Positions 24,680 to 37,119 of a stretch of DNA of 64,000 nt are shown piece by piece. The position numbers were made by a program, and so were the translations under genes. The stretch covers positions 10,540,001 through 10,604,000 of the forward strand of contig NC_043020.1 in the NCBI RefSeq assembly GCF_006345805.1, in the 5' to 3' direction. Origin of the DNA: Octopus sinensis (lineage: Eukaryota). The notes beneath the pieces are model-generated. The model had not been told where the DNA came from and made no database searches. It saw nothing but the letters and a program-made list of their open reading frames with translations. The first letter of the stretch is position 1. Every line of letters starts with the position of its first letter.

Positions 24680-25757
24680 ACTTTTTCTATTCCTGAGTGC
24701 TATACTAATACATTTGTTTGTTTGTACTCCACTTTTCGTAAACTTTCCCTTTATATATATATATGTATATATATATATTATTCAAAGAAATTCTAACTCT
24801 GTTTTTTTTTGTTTTATTTATATTCTTTATAATATTAATGTAGAATATAGAATGTATAGTATAAATAGTATATATAGTAAAATGAAATGAAGTATTGATT
24901 GTCTTATAGAATAGATGAAATATTGAATATCAAATATTAAGGGACTAATATACTTTCTTGCATTAAAGCAGTCTTCAAGGTCCCAGGTTGTGACAGGAGT
25001 GTTATATATATATAAATATATATATACATCAAAAATAAGCAACAAGAATGATTCCGGTAATTTAGTACAATTGTTTCATACTACAAAATTTTATTAAAAG
25101 CTGTAAATATTACTGCAGATTTAAGATGCTGAGTACTCTTCAGCTAATTTATATAGGTTTTCCAATAATATAAAAGCTTTCAAATCAAGTAGTAACATTT
25201 TAGGGAAGGTAAATATACAGATAAAGAAGTAGATATAAATTTTAGGAACATATGAGGTTGTGTAGTTCAGATGCTAACTGACCAAAACTCTGCTTGCAAC
25301 TGACTGCTATAAGAATTTTTTATTTATATGTATGTGTGTGTGTGACAGGAGTGTTATATCTATATCTATGTATATATATATATATCAGGTACGTGCCATC
25401 AGTAATTACTCATGGTTGGCAGTTGGTGATCTTTATGTAGTAAAACACAAAAATAAGCAAAATTCAGAGGCTTTCCTATCCGTGTAGGACTCAAACCTAT
25501 ATCCCTTTGTTAATGCAACTATGTTACCATTAAACCAGCGAATTAGCCTCCCTGTTTCTGTCAAATTTAAAAACTATATTAGTTTGTAGTTGTTTTTGAA
25601 AACAAACTTTCTATATGCTTTCAGTGCAAATGGTTTTGTTATACAGTGCTGGGTTTTACAAGGTGAGATATGTACTCAATCAGGGTCACTCAGTGCTATA
25701 TAAAAGCATGCCTTTTATATCACATGTCGTTCATATTGCTATTGTTGTTGTTTGCAG

Positions 25758-25867
25758 GGAATTTATACCTGGATAATTATCAGACATTCAAAGAATTCAA
25801 TTACCTTTCCACAAGTGATCCTCCAGCTGATTTTGACACATTGAAAAGACAATTTCAGGAGTGGAAA
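25758..25867 (+). CDS. dachs: Dachs-like myosin exon (RNLYLDNYQTFKEFNYLSTSDPPADFDTLKRQFQEWK), phase 1-0
   Basis: tttgcag acceptor, gtaagt donor, phase matches both neighbours; F.YL and F..WK pattern of the motor domain. Confidence 0.9.
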
Positions 25868-26281
25868 GTAAGTTTCTCAGTCTATCTGTCTTTCTGTCTG
25901 CCTGCATGTCTCTCTGCTTATCTGTCTGCCCCACTGCATGAATTTGAACTCAGGACATAATGGCAGATGAAATACGGTTACGCATTTCGCCCGGCATGCT
26001 AACGTTTCTGCCAGCTCGCCGCCTTCTATCACATTTATCTTCCATCCTGCCAAAGACCTTGACTGTGAGCCTGGGAACAGGGGTCCCTTATTAGGTGTTG
26101 TTGGCTGGAGCCCAGAGCTTGTGACAGGAAGGATTGTTTTTCCTCGAAGTAACCGAATCACTACCCTCTTACTTGGATCACAATGGATGATGATGTGTTG
26201 AAATTATTGTTTTTGTTGCTGTTGTTGATATTGCTGATGTTGTTGTTGGTGTTGTTTTTGATCTTCTTCTTTCTCTTCCAG

Positions 26282-26408
26282 GACTGTCTCATCACATGTG
26301 ACGTATCATTTACCGATGTCACCAGAGTCTTGTCTGCTGTCCTCTTGATAGGAAACATCACATTTCTTTCCACCAATTCTCAACAATTGGATCTCAAAAC
26401 TCAGAATG
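26282..26408 (+). CDS. dachs: Dachs-like myosin exon (DCLITCDVSFTDVTRVLSAVLLIGNITFLSTNSQQLDLKTQN), phase 0-1
   Basis: ttccag acceptor, gtgaga donor; RVLSAVLLIGNITF matches the myosin (I/V)LAAVLHLGNI.F motif. Confidence 0.93.
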
Positions 26409-27712
26409 GTGAGAAGAACCTTCGTCCTATTTCTAAACTATTTCTTTTTACCATTTCTCCCACTCTCCTTCTTCTCCTTTTCCTCTCCATTCTCTCTCTC
26501 TCTCTTTCACTTTCACTTTCTCTTCTGCTCTCTCTCCATTCTCTCTTTCGCTTTCTCTCTTCCCTCTCTCCATTCTTTCTCTTTCTCTCTCTCTTACACA
26601 CACATGCACATACTGCATGTTAGAATGTACAGTGTGATCTTCATGCTAAGTACAAGCATCAGTAAATAGCTAAAAGTTTCTCAGTCTATCTGTCTTTCTG
26701 TCTGCTTGTCTGTCTCTCTGCCTGCCTGTCTCTCTGCTTATCTGTCTGCCCCACTGCATGTCTGCCTGCCTGTCTCTGTCTACCTCTGTTTGCTTGTCTC
26801 TCTTACGTATCCCCACTTAAACCTGGATGTTCTGTTAGAACAGGGTATACTGCAGAAGATACCATGAGAGAAACTCTCACATTGGATCTTGGCGCAAAAT
26901 ACTTGCAATCATGGAGTTCTGGATTCAGTTCCACAACAAGACATTTTGGGCCAATATCTTTTATATCAGCCTCATTGATTCCATCACAATCTTATGAACG
27001 ATATTGTGTAGACAGAAACTGTACTGAAGCCTGTTATATGACTTAACCCAGTAATTGAAAGAGGAAGCTTTGTCACACAACTTGATAAAGCTGCACGGAT
27101 TCCTTGAGAATCATGTTAAGGGAATATGGACTACTGTGGAATACTCAACCACTTATGACAAGTTGGTAGTTTTGTTGCTTGAACAACAGGAATACTCATT
27201 ATTGAAATTAATGAAATAATCAGTTGCCATTTTCTCTTATAATATTGTCAGCTTGGAAGAAGGCAGCGAGCTGGCAGAATGACTACCATGCTGGGAAAAA
27301 TGTTTAGCAGCATTTTGTCCATCTTCGGGTTCTGAGTTCAAATTCCACTGAGGTCAACTTTACCGTTCATCTTTTTAGGGTTGATAAAATAAGTACCAGT
27401 GAAACACTGGGGGGGTCAATGTAATCAATTAGTCCCCTCCCTCAAAATTTCCGGTCTTGTTCCTTTAGTAGAAAGGGTTTATATTTTTGTTTTACTCTTT
27501 TATTCTTTTACTTGTTTCAGTCATTTGACTGTGGCCATGCTGGAGCACCGCATTTAGTTGAGCAAATCGACCCCAGGACTTATTCTTTGTAAGCCTAGTA
27601 CTTATTCTATCAGTCTCTTTTGCCGAACTGCTAAGTTACGGGGACGTAAACACACCAGCATCGGTTGTCAAGTGAGGTTGGTAGGGACAAACACAGACAC
27701 ACAAACATATAT

Positions 27713-27748
<36 letters not shown>

Positions 27749-27972
27749 ATATATATGACAGGCTTCTTTCAGTTTCCATCTACCAAATCCACTCACAAGG
27801 CTTTGGTCAGCCCAAGGCTATAGTAGAAAGCACTTGCCCAAGGTGCCACGCAATACGACTGAACCCGGAGCTGTATGGTTCGTAAGCTAGCTACTTACCA
27901 CACAGCCACTCCTTCGCCTATTTTGTTTTTGTTTTTTTTCTTTAAACTGATGTCTGTTTTCCTCTGTTACAG

Positions 27973-28094
27973 AACTAAAATCCGTGGCCACATTGCTGGG
28001 AATCTCAAGTATGGTCCTTTATCAAGGGCTCACCACCAAAACTATCAACACTCCTGAAGGTTTAAACTTAACTCCTATATTGACTACAATAAAA
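27973..28094 (+). CDS. dachs: Dachs-like myosin exon (ELKSVATLLGISSMVLYQGLTTKTINTPEGLNLTPILTTIK), phase 1-0
   Basis: ttacag acceptor, gtaagg donor; VA.LLG...L...LT..T myosin motif. Confidence 0.92.
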
Positions 28095-28844
28095 GTAAGG
28101 ACAAACAATTATTTTCTGAACAGATTTATTTATTTATTATTGTATTGTTTGAGATTTCTTTTTATTTGTGTGGGAGGTGTGGTTCGCAGCAGTGGGGGTA
28201 TTCATTCATCATCTTCATTGTTCAATGTCTGCTTTTCCATTCTTGGATGGGTTAAACAGAATTTGTTGCAGTCATCATCATCATCATCATTGTTTAATGT
28301 CTGCTTTCCATGCTAGCATGGGTTGGATGATTTGACTGAGGGCTGGTGAACCAGATGGCTGCACCAGGCTCTAGTCTTGATCTGGATGCCCTTCCTAACA
28401 CCAACCACTCTGAGAGTGTAGTGGGTGCTTTTACATTCCACTGGCATGGGGGCCAGTCAGGCGGTACTGGCAATGACCTCGCTCGAATCTTTTTACACAT
28501 GCCACCAGCACAGGTGCCAGTAAGATGACTTTGGTGACAATCACGCTCGAATGGTGTCTTTTACATCCCACCGGCATGGAAGCCAGATAGCCGCTCTGGC
28601 AACGATCACGCTCAGATGGTACTCTTAATACCCTACTAGCATGGGGCACAAGTGCCAGTAAGTTGACACTGGTAATGATCACACTCAAATGATGCTGTTT
28701 ACATGCCACTGGCATGGAAGCCAGTTAGCCGCTCTGTCAATGATCACACTCAGATGGTGCTCTTTGCACCCTGCTAGTTGATTTTCTGTGTCTAGGACAC
28801 CATATATATGGAATAGTTGTGAGCTTTTATGGAATGGAATGGAA

Positions 28845-29225
28845 GCACTCCATCGGTTACGACGATGAGGGTTCCGCTTGATCCGAATCAACAGAACAGT
28901 GCACGTGAAATTAACGTGTAAGTGGCTGAGCACTCCACAGACACGTGTACCCTTAACGTAGTTCTCGGGAATATTCAGCGTGACACAGAGAGTGACAAGG
29001 CTGGCCCATTGAAATACAGGTACAACAGAAACAGGAAGTAAGAGTGAGAGAAAGTTGTGGTGAAAGAGTACAGCAGGGATCACCACCATCCCCTGCCGGA
29101 GCCTCGTGGAGCTTTTAGGTGTTTTCGCTCAATAAACACTCACAACGCCCGGTCTGGTAATCGAAACCGCGATCCTATGACCGTGAGTCTGCTGCCCTAA
29201 CCACTGGGCCATTGCGCCTCAACAT
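28845..29225 (-). mobile_element. tRNA-derived SINE, family D
   Basis: Head GGCGCAATGGCCCAGTGGTTAGGGCAGC; second copy 54880-55240(+). Confidence 0.8.
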
Positions 29226-29482
29226 GTGAGCTTTTATACATTTCATGAAACCATAAACTTTCACCAGAAAAAATCCTGCCCTAAGTTTAGGCCTGAGAAA
29301 GGAGGATTTTATGTTTTATGTAAGAACAGAAGTTGCTCATGCCACAAATTTCCTCTCTCCACATCGTTGGTGTGGTCCTAGAAAAAGGTGGTTCATCTGG
29401 CTTGAAGATTTTTGGGGTGGTTTGTGATTTAAATATTTGTGGAAAATATGGTTGAAAGGTCACTAATAATTTTCTTTTGAAG

Positions 29483-29627
29483 ATCCATGAAAACAGAGAT
29501 GCCCTTGCTCAGGCTCTGTACGTTCGGACTGTACACATGATTGTGAGGAAAGCAAACAGTTTGCTGAGGACACACGGTGCAAAGAAAGGACGAAATCCAT
29601 CAAATGCAAGTGGAAGCTGTAAATCTG
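29483..29627 (+). CDS. dachs: Dachs-like myosin exon (IHENRDALAQALYVRTVHMIVRKANSLLRTHGAKKGRNPSNASGSCKS), phase 0-1
   Basis: ttttgaag acceptor, gtaaag donor. RDALAQALY.RTV..IVR.ANS fits Dachs (RDALAKALYCRTVATIVRRANS, recalled) better than the generic ALYxxLFxWIV. Confidence 0.93.
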
Positions 29628-30769
29628 GTAAAGGAATTCATTATGGTTTTACAGTTTTTTTGTTGTAATTGTCATTAACCCTTTTGATCCCAACCCACCC
29701 GAGACAGTCTCAATTTTATGATACAGATTTCTATTTTTTTTAGGTATCTGAATTCAAACTTTCCATTAAAATCCATGTTGATTTTTGTTTCAAACCCCAG
29801 CTTAATAATTACAAAGTTATTTTACTAAACTTTTCGTTATTTTAGAAATTTATCAACAGCAAAATAAATATCAAATGGAAATTGTAGTTGTGATACCGGT
29901 GCCAGTGGTACGTAAAAAGCACCATCCGAATGTGGCCGATGCCAGTGCCGCCTTGACTGGCTTCTGTGCCAGTGGCATGTAAAAAGCACCAATGAATCAT
30001 GGCCACTGCCAGCCTCCCCTGGCACCTGTGCCAGTGGAACGTAAAAGGCACCCACTACACTCACGGAGTGGTTGGCATTAGGAAGGGCATCCAGCTGTAG
30101 AAACACTGCCAGATCAGACTGGAGCTTGGTGCAGCTTCCTGGCTTCCCAGACCCCGGTCGAACCGTCCAACCCATGCTAGCATGGAAAACGGGCGTTAAA
30201 CAATGATGATGATGATGATGAAAAGCAATGCATTTTAACAGAAATATGGAAACAAAGGGTTAATAATGTAGTAGCTGTAGTCATTATTTTGTTGTTGTAG
30301 TAGTAGTAGTAGTAGTAATAATTTAGAAAATAGCTGAAAACTCTCTGTCAACAAATATACCGTACAGCACTACTGTACAACCACATCTAGACCACATCCC
30401 ACACCTTGCATGGCCATAATCAACACCACACTAAACCCCCACTACATTAGTACTACTACAATTTCTGCAGATATGAATAGCATATGGGAACCAGAATTAA
30501 GGAAGGATAGGAAAATATTGGATTTATGAGCCCTAAAATTCACTCCATAATTACCTGCAGGCATATGGTGTAGTGGTTAATAGCATGGGCTATTAACCAC
30601 TACGCCATGTGGTTGATAAGCAAGCTATTTACCACACAGCCACTCCTACGCCTATCTTTACAACTGAATTAATTTCATCTTTATTTCATTAGATTTCTTT
30701 AAATACTGACTCCATTAAATATGTTATATTAGCATTATTATTATTATTAATGTTTATTCTATTACCAAG

Positions 30770-30897
30770 ATGACCGACTGAGTGCCCAGAAGTCATTTCA
30801 CAGTACCACTTCAGATAAATCGGTCCCTACAGAAACTGACCGACAAATACCTCCTCTACTAAATATCATTGATATGTTTGGATTTGAAAACCTCACA
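30770..30897 (+). CDS. dachs: Dachs-like myosin exon ending in switch II (DDRLSAQKSFHSTTSDKSVPTETDRQIPPLLNIIDMFGFENLT), phase 1-0
   Basis: ccaag acceptor, gtaagt donor; IIDMFGFE switch II motif preceded by a low-complexity insert, as in Dachs. Confidence 0.92.
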
Positions 30898-31657
30898 GTA
30901 AGTCGTTCAAATTACATGTTTTTTCTTTCTGTTTTTTCCCTCCATTTCCCTTCATATTTTTAGTAAAATAACTTAGTTATCATTAAGCTAATGTTAGGAA
31001 CATAAATTGTGACTAAGGTTTGGTGGAAGATTTTAATTCAAAACTTATGAAAACAAGACATTTGCATTCAGATCCAGAGCCAGTTGGTAACAAAAGGGTT
31101 AAGCCGCTATTTCCAGCAAAGTTTGACACACTACAGAAGTGTCCCCGTTGGGTCAGCTCCCTACTGCATCATTTTGTTACTATATATTTGTAACCACATG
31201 TTTTTTGGGTTGTCTCATTCCATAGCACCTAGGGCAACTGTCTTCTACTATAGCGCTGAGCCAACCACTACTTCACAAGTGAATTTGGTAGACAGAAGCT
31301 CTGAGTGTGTGTGTGTGTAATCATCATCGTTTAACATTTCGAACATAATGAAGAATTTAATAAAATCACCTAGTCATTATTAATGAAAGATTTTAATTTA
31401 ACTTTAATTTAATTTTTAATTTAGGCTTTAAAATAGGGAGCTTGTAGAACAAAGGGCATATTCAGGCAGGAAGGGTATCAAGGGGTTAAACTGAAGTCAG
31501 GCCAGATCAAATAAACTTTCAATGAAGAACATTCTATCATAACCACCACTACCACCACTACCACCACAACTATCACACTCCACCACCACCACTATTATCA
31601 TCACCACCACCACCAATATTAACCTACTGAAAGTAATACTGTTTCCATATTCGCCAG

Positions 31658-31769
31658 GATAATAAATTAGAGCAGCTGGCCATCAACTTTTGCTCTGAGT
31701 TACTGGAAAGTTATCACAATTCCCATGCTTTCAACACATCCAGGAGTAGCAGCAAAGATGAAACCAGGA
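31658..31769 (+). CDS. dachs: Dachs-like myosin relay-helix exon (DNKLEQLAINFCSELLESYHNSHAFNTSRSSSKDETR), phase 0-1
   Basis: ccag acceptor, gtaagt donor; N.LEQL.IN...E myosin motif. Confidence 0.92.
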
Positions 31770-32410
31770 GTAAGTACCCTGAGTTGATCAAAGACAGATG
31801 TTCAGACAATCAGTTAGTTGTGGATCTCATTTCACACCCGGTATGTAGATCTTTTTTTTATTTTTATCAATGAGGGAGTGTTGCTTTTCTGTGGGTGGGG
31901 GAATTTGTTGGAGGAGGTGCTTGAGTCATGTGGGCCTGGTCAGCGGTCAGAGAATTCACCGGAATCGACTCATGGTTAATTGTGATATGGCTATTGTTCC
32001 AAAGGGCAATTTCTACGACAATTTGTACTACAGAGCAAGAGGCAGTTTCAGTCAGTTTGGTATCGAAAGGATTAAATATAACAAAGAATTTAATAAAATA
32101 AATTAGTTATCATTAAGCTAAGGTTAGGAACATAAATTGTGACTAAGGTTTGGTGGAAGATTTTAATTCAAAACTTATGAAAGCTAGACATTTGTACTCA
32201 GATCCAGAGCCAGTTGGTAACGAAAGGGTTAAGATTCTTCATATTTTGCTGGTAACTTACTGGCATAAGATTTTTGCGAATATGAAATTATTATTACATG
32301 TATATGGCATGTTATAAGAATTTTCAGAAAGGTACCCCATAGAATATACAACTAGTTTATACACAACTAGACTCAACAACATTCTTTAGTATGCTCCCAA
32401 TTTTTCATAG

Positions 32411-32421
32411 GAATAAAATAT
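32411..32421 (+). CDS. Alternative candidate 11-nt phase 1-0 microexon (RIKY)
   Basis: tttttcatag|GAATAAAATAT|gtaagt has strong splice signals and also restores frame. An upstream acceptor at 32389 would give ICSQFFIGIKY. Confidence 0.25.
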
Positions 32422-32559
32422 GTAAGTCCGAATTTTGTTATCTGCTTATTTCCTTCATCAAGTCTTCTGTAATAATAATAATTCGTGTTGTATACTTTTT
32501 GCACTGAGAACAGTTGATGTCTTGCAAACAACTTGCACATGCAAGTGCTACCAGTTAAA

Positions 32560-32990
32560 AGCTCCGTATATCAGAAGCTAGCAAGTGTATGGGGTCATCA
32601 GGAGAGAATGCGCGCCGTTTCGGAGCCTACCTCTCGACGGCATCAATGCGTACCGCCCCCACCTCACTGATATGAGGCCCCGCTTGCTAGATCAGCTGGT
32701 TATGAAGTTAAACTCAATATACTTCTAGCCATCGCTCATCGTCTCTTTTTAGCCAAATCCAGTGGCTAGCCTTCTCCACTGTAGATTGGATATCAGTCAT
32801 GTTGGTATTGACTTTACGATGAGTTAGGCCTAGCGATAACAACAGTCGTCTCACGCTGGCTGTGTCCAACAAACCCTCTACATCCGACTTCGATAGGAAA
32901 ATGTTCCACTTTCCAGCCTGCGTCTTCACATTCCTCGAGGAGGTTTACATAACGGTTCAATTTTCGAGCAATTAACTTAATTTAATCATG
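32560..32990 (-). mobile_element. Hero-like non-LTR retrotransposon 3' fragment (RLE endonuclease end and 3' UTR)
   Basis: RKLNRYVNLLEECEDAGWKVEHFPIEVGCRGF, then (frameshifted) VEKASHWIWLKRDDERW*. Clade assignment is from recalled motif similarity. Confidence 0.75.
32591..32641 (-). ncRNA. Hammerhead-like motif in non-standard strand order in a Hero-like 3' UTR
   Basis: GCCGU C GAGAG guaggcucc GAAA CGGC gcgcauu CUCUC CUGAUGA cccc: both core strands, a GUC triplet, stems I and III present; stem II poor. Confidence 0.4.
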
Positions 32991-33014
32991 TTATTTACAT
33001 GTTATTATTGCATG

Positions 33015-33350
33015 TGAAGGTGCATGGCTCAGTGGTTAGAGCGTCGAGTTTACGATCATGAGGTTGTGAGTTCAAATCCCGGACCGAGCTGTGTATAGTG
33101 TTCTTGAGCAAGACACTTTATTTCACGTTGCTCCAGTTCACTCAGCTGTAGAAATGAGTTGTGACATCACTGGTGCCAAGCTGTATCGGCCCCTTTGCCT
33201 TTCCCTTGGATAACACTGGTGGCGTGGAGAGGGGAGGCCGGTATGCATGGGTGACTGCTGGTCTTCCATAACCAACCTTGCCCAGACTTGTGCCTGGGAG
33301 GGTAGCTTTCTAGGTGCAATCTGATGGTCAGTCATGACCGAAGGGGGTCT
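33015..33350 (+). mobile_element. tRNA-derived SINE, family C
   Basis: Head GCATGGCTCAGTGGTTAGAGCGTCGAG..., tail ATGACCGAAGGGGGTC; copies 47617-47940, 49670-50000, 45820-45950(-). Confidence 0.85.
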
Positions 33351-33702
33351 CAATTATTGCTGTTCAAAACGATCGCATGCATGTATTAAAATTCTTTTAT
33401 ATTTCAACATCTCTTTTCCATTTTTTAACATACTTGTTGAGTTTCTATGAGATACCTTTCCATAAATTCTCATAACACACCATATACATGTGTATATATA
33501 TATATACCGGAGTAAACACATAAATGTGAAACAAGGTGGAAAAAAGAGTACTCAAATACCAGTGGTAGAGTAATATGCTTTATTTAAAGCAGCAGAAAAT
33601 TCAACAAAACCTGTTACTCTGAGTTTCCCATTGCCATTCAGAGTAACAGGTTTTGTTGAATTTTCTGCTGCTTTAAATAAAGTATATATATATATATATA
33701 TA

Positions 33703-34382
33703 TCATTCACACACAGTAGCATATGAATAACATCCTTAAGGTCGACATTTACTCACTTGTGACCACTTCTAGGCTTTGTCACTTACTCAGTTCTTAACCA
33801 AATTAGATGATGTTTACATTTTTAGATTAGTCACATTCTATTCTACATTTTCAGCTACAAAATTTGAAAATTGCATTGGTAGAGAAAAAGTTTCAGTAAA
33901 ATATGTGAGGTCAACCATAGGATTTTGAGTACAATTTTTTTTTTTTTTGCTTAAAGAAATCTATATTTTATTTTAGCTTATATGATAAATCTTGGTGAGA
34001 GGAATTTATCCATGTTATTTATATGCAAAAATATTCAGTAGAAAAAAGTACTGAAGTAAAAACCAGCAAAAAACAAAAAAAAGGAGATTAACACCTGAAA
34101 TTAACTTTGACCCCAAATATTATCCTTATTTCAAAAGAAAACTATATTTAAATTCAACTTTTCTGATAGCTCTCTTACTAGAGGAATCTGATGATGCCAA
34201 TTATATCACAAAAAATTCTAAAATAAAAAAAACTAATGGACCAAATGTACCAAAAAATGCGGCAACACTAAAATCAAATTCAAACCTAAAATGTATTCTT
34301 AACTCATATGATAAACCTCACCCAGACGAGTGTTGTGTGCTAATCTTTTCAAAAAATAGCGTTCACACATTCTCGTGTGTGA

Positions 34383-34414
<32 letters not shown>

Positions 34415-35092
34415 TATCATTCACACACAGTAGCATATGAATAACATCCTTAAGGTCGACATTTACTCACTTGTGACCACTTCTAGGCTTTGTCACTTAC
34501 TCAGTTCTTAACCAAATTAGATGATGTTTACATTTTTAGATTAGTCACATTCTATTCTACATTTTCAGCTACAAAATTTGAAAATTGCATTGGTAGAGAA
34601 AAAGTTTCAGTAAAATATGTGAGGTCAACCATAGGATTTTGAGTACAATTTTTTTTTTTTTTGCTTAAAGAAATCTATATTTTATTTTAGCTTATATGAT
34701 AAATCTTGGTGAGAGGAATTTATCCATGTTATTTATATGCAAAAATATTCAGTAGAAAAAAGTACTGAAGTAAAAACCAGCAAAAAACAAAAAAAAGGAG
34801 ATTAACACCTGAAATTAACTTTGACCCCAAATATTATCCTTATTTCAAAAGAAAACTATATTTAAATTCAACTTTTCTGATAGCTCTCTTACTAGAGGAA
34901 TCTGATGATGCCAATTATATCACAAAAAATTCTAAAATAAAAAAACTAATGGACCAAATGTACCAAAAAATGCGGCAACACTAAAATCAAATTCAAACCT
35001 AAAATGTATTCTTAACTCATATGATAAACCTCACCCAGACGAGTGTTGTGTGCTAATCTTTTCAAAAAATAGCGTTCACACATTCTCGTGTG

Positions 35093-35096
<4 letters not shown>
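33703..35096. repeat. Near-identical 713/714-bp tandem duplication separated by (TA)n
   Basis: Copies at ~33703-34383 and ~34417-35096; the only difference I found is one A in a homopolymer. Confidence 0.93.
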
Positions 35097-35145
<49 letters not shown>

Positions 35146-35680
35146 ATATGTTGTGTATCTGTGTTTGTCCCCCCAACATCGCTTGACAACCAATGCTGGT
35201 GTGTTTAGGTTCCCATAACTTAGCAGTTCGGTAAAAGAGACCGATAGAATAAATACTAGGCTTACAAAGAATAGGTCCCGGGGTCGATTTGATTCGATTA
35301 AAGGTGGTACTCCAGCGTGGCCGCAGTCGAATGACCGAAACAAGTAAAAGGGTAAAGAGTAAAAGAGAGAGTGATATTATTACTCATTGCATTACTAAGA
35401 TGACGAGCTGCCAGAGTCGTTAACATGCAGGGTGAAAGTTTCATGGTATTTCGTCTGTCTCCACATTCTGAATTGAAATCCGGCCAAGGTCGTCTTTACC
35501 TTTTGTCTTTCTGGTACTCAGTAAAATGAATATCAGCGAGGGCAATGTAATGAACTCCTCCCCTGGGACTGATGGCCTTCTGTCAGAACTGGAAACCAAT
35601 ATTGCAAAAAGTTTGATTCAATTCAGTATTTAGGTTTCGAGCAAAAATCTACCTCATATTCATAGAATACACTATCATTA

Positions 35681-36446
35681 TCATCATCATCGTTTAACGT
35701 CCACTTTCCATGCTGGCATGGGTTGGCCGGTTTGACCGGGGACTGGTGAGCCAGATTGCTGCACCAGGCTCCAATCTGATCTGGCAAATTCAAACAAAAG
35801 ATTTTTTTAATCATGTCTTTTGAAATATATAATTAAAATTGTCATTTTATTTAGTTGTATCAGGTACAAACAATAAAATATGAAGTTATAAATAATATTG
35901 CACAAGATTTTTTTTACGCTCGAATTGAAATCCCATAACAAAAAAAAACAACATTGATTGCAATAGAATGGTCATTAAATGGTTTCAAATCACTTCTACA
36001 TTAAAAAGGAAAATAAATTAATCTGACAAATATATCATAAGTCAAATTTATTAGTTAGCAGTAATCATCATCATCATTTAACGTCTGCTTTCCATGCTGG
36101 CATGGGTTGGACGGTTCGACCGGGGAATGGTGAGCCAGATGGCTGCATCAGGCTTCAATCTGATCTGCCAAATTTAAACAAAAGATTTTTTTAATCATGT
36201 CGTTTGAAATATATAATTAAAATTGTCATTTTATTCAGTTGTATCAGGTACAAACAATAAAATATGAAGTTATAAATAATATTGCACAAGATTTTTTTTA
36301 CGCTTGAATTGAAATCCCATAACAAAAAAAAAACATTGATTGCAATAGAATGATCATTAAATGGTTTCAAATCACTTCTACATTAAAAAAGAAAATAAAT
36401 TAATCTGACAAATAGATCATAAGTAAAATTTATTAGTTAGCAGTAA
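35681..36446. repeat. Two diverged ~383-bp tandem units (RTE tail piece + AT-rich spacer)
   Basis: Units start at ~35681 and ~36065; a third RTE tail starts at ~36447. Confidence 0.85.
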
Positions 36447-37119
36447 TCATCATCATTTAACATCCGCTTTCCATACTGGCATGGGTTGGACGGTTTGAGT
36501 AGGGACTGGTGAGCCTGATGGCTACATCAGGCTCCAATCTGATCTGGCAGAATTTCTACAGCTGGATGCCCTTCCTAAAGCCAACCACTGTGAGAGTGTA
36601 GTGGGCACTTTTATGTGCCACTGGCATGAGGGCCAGTCAGGCAGTACTGGCACCGGCCATGCTCAAATGGTGTTTTTATGTGTCACCTGCACAGGAGCCA
36701 GTCCAGCGGCACTGGCAAATCCCTCGCTTGAATGTTGTTCTTCACATACCACCGGTACAAGTGCCTGTAAGGTAATGATGGTAACAATCATGCTCGAATG
36801 GTGCTTTTTATGTGCCACCAGCATGGGGACAGGTCAGCGGCCCTGGCAACGATCACGCTCGGATGGTGCTCCACTAGTACAGGTGCCAGTCATCGAATTT
36901 AGTTCAATTTCGATTTCACTTGAGGTACATTTCCCGGGAAATGTACCTCATGAAAAACGAGTAGCCAAATTATAAAGTAGTAAGTATTTAAATTAAAATT
37001 CTTTTTTATATGGTTAGATGAAGGGGCCTACTATCTCTAAATGAAAATATATATTTCCTCATTGAGAATAATTTAAACCCCTGTTATGCCGATATTTTTA
37101 TTCCCTAATTAATAAAATT

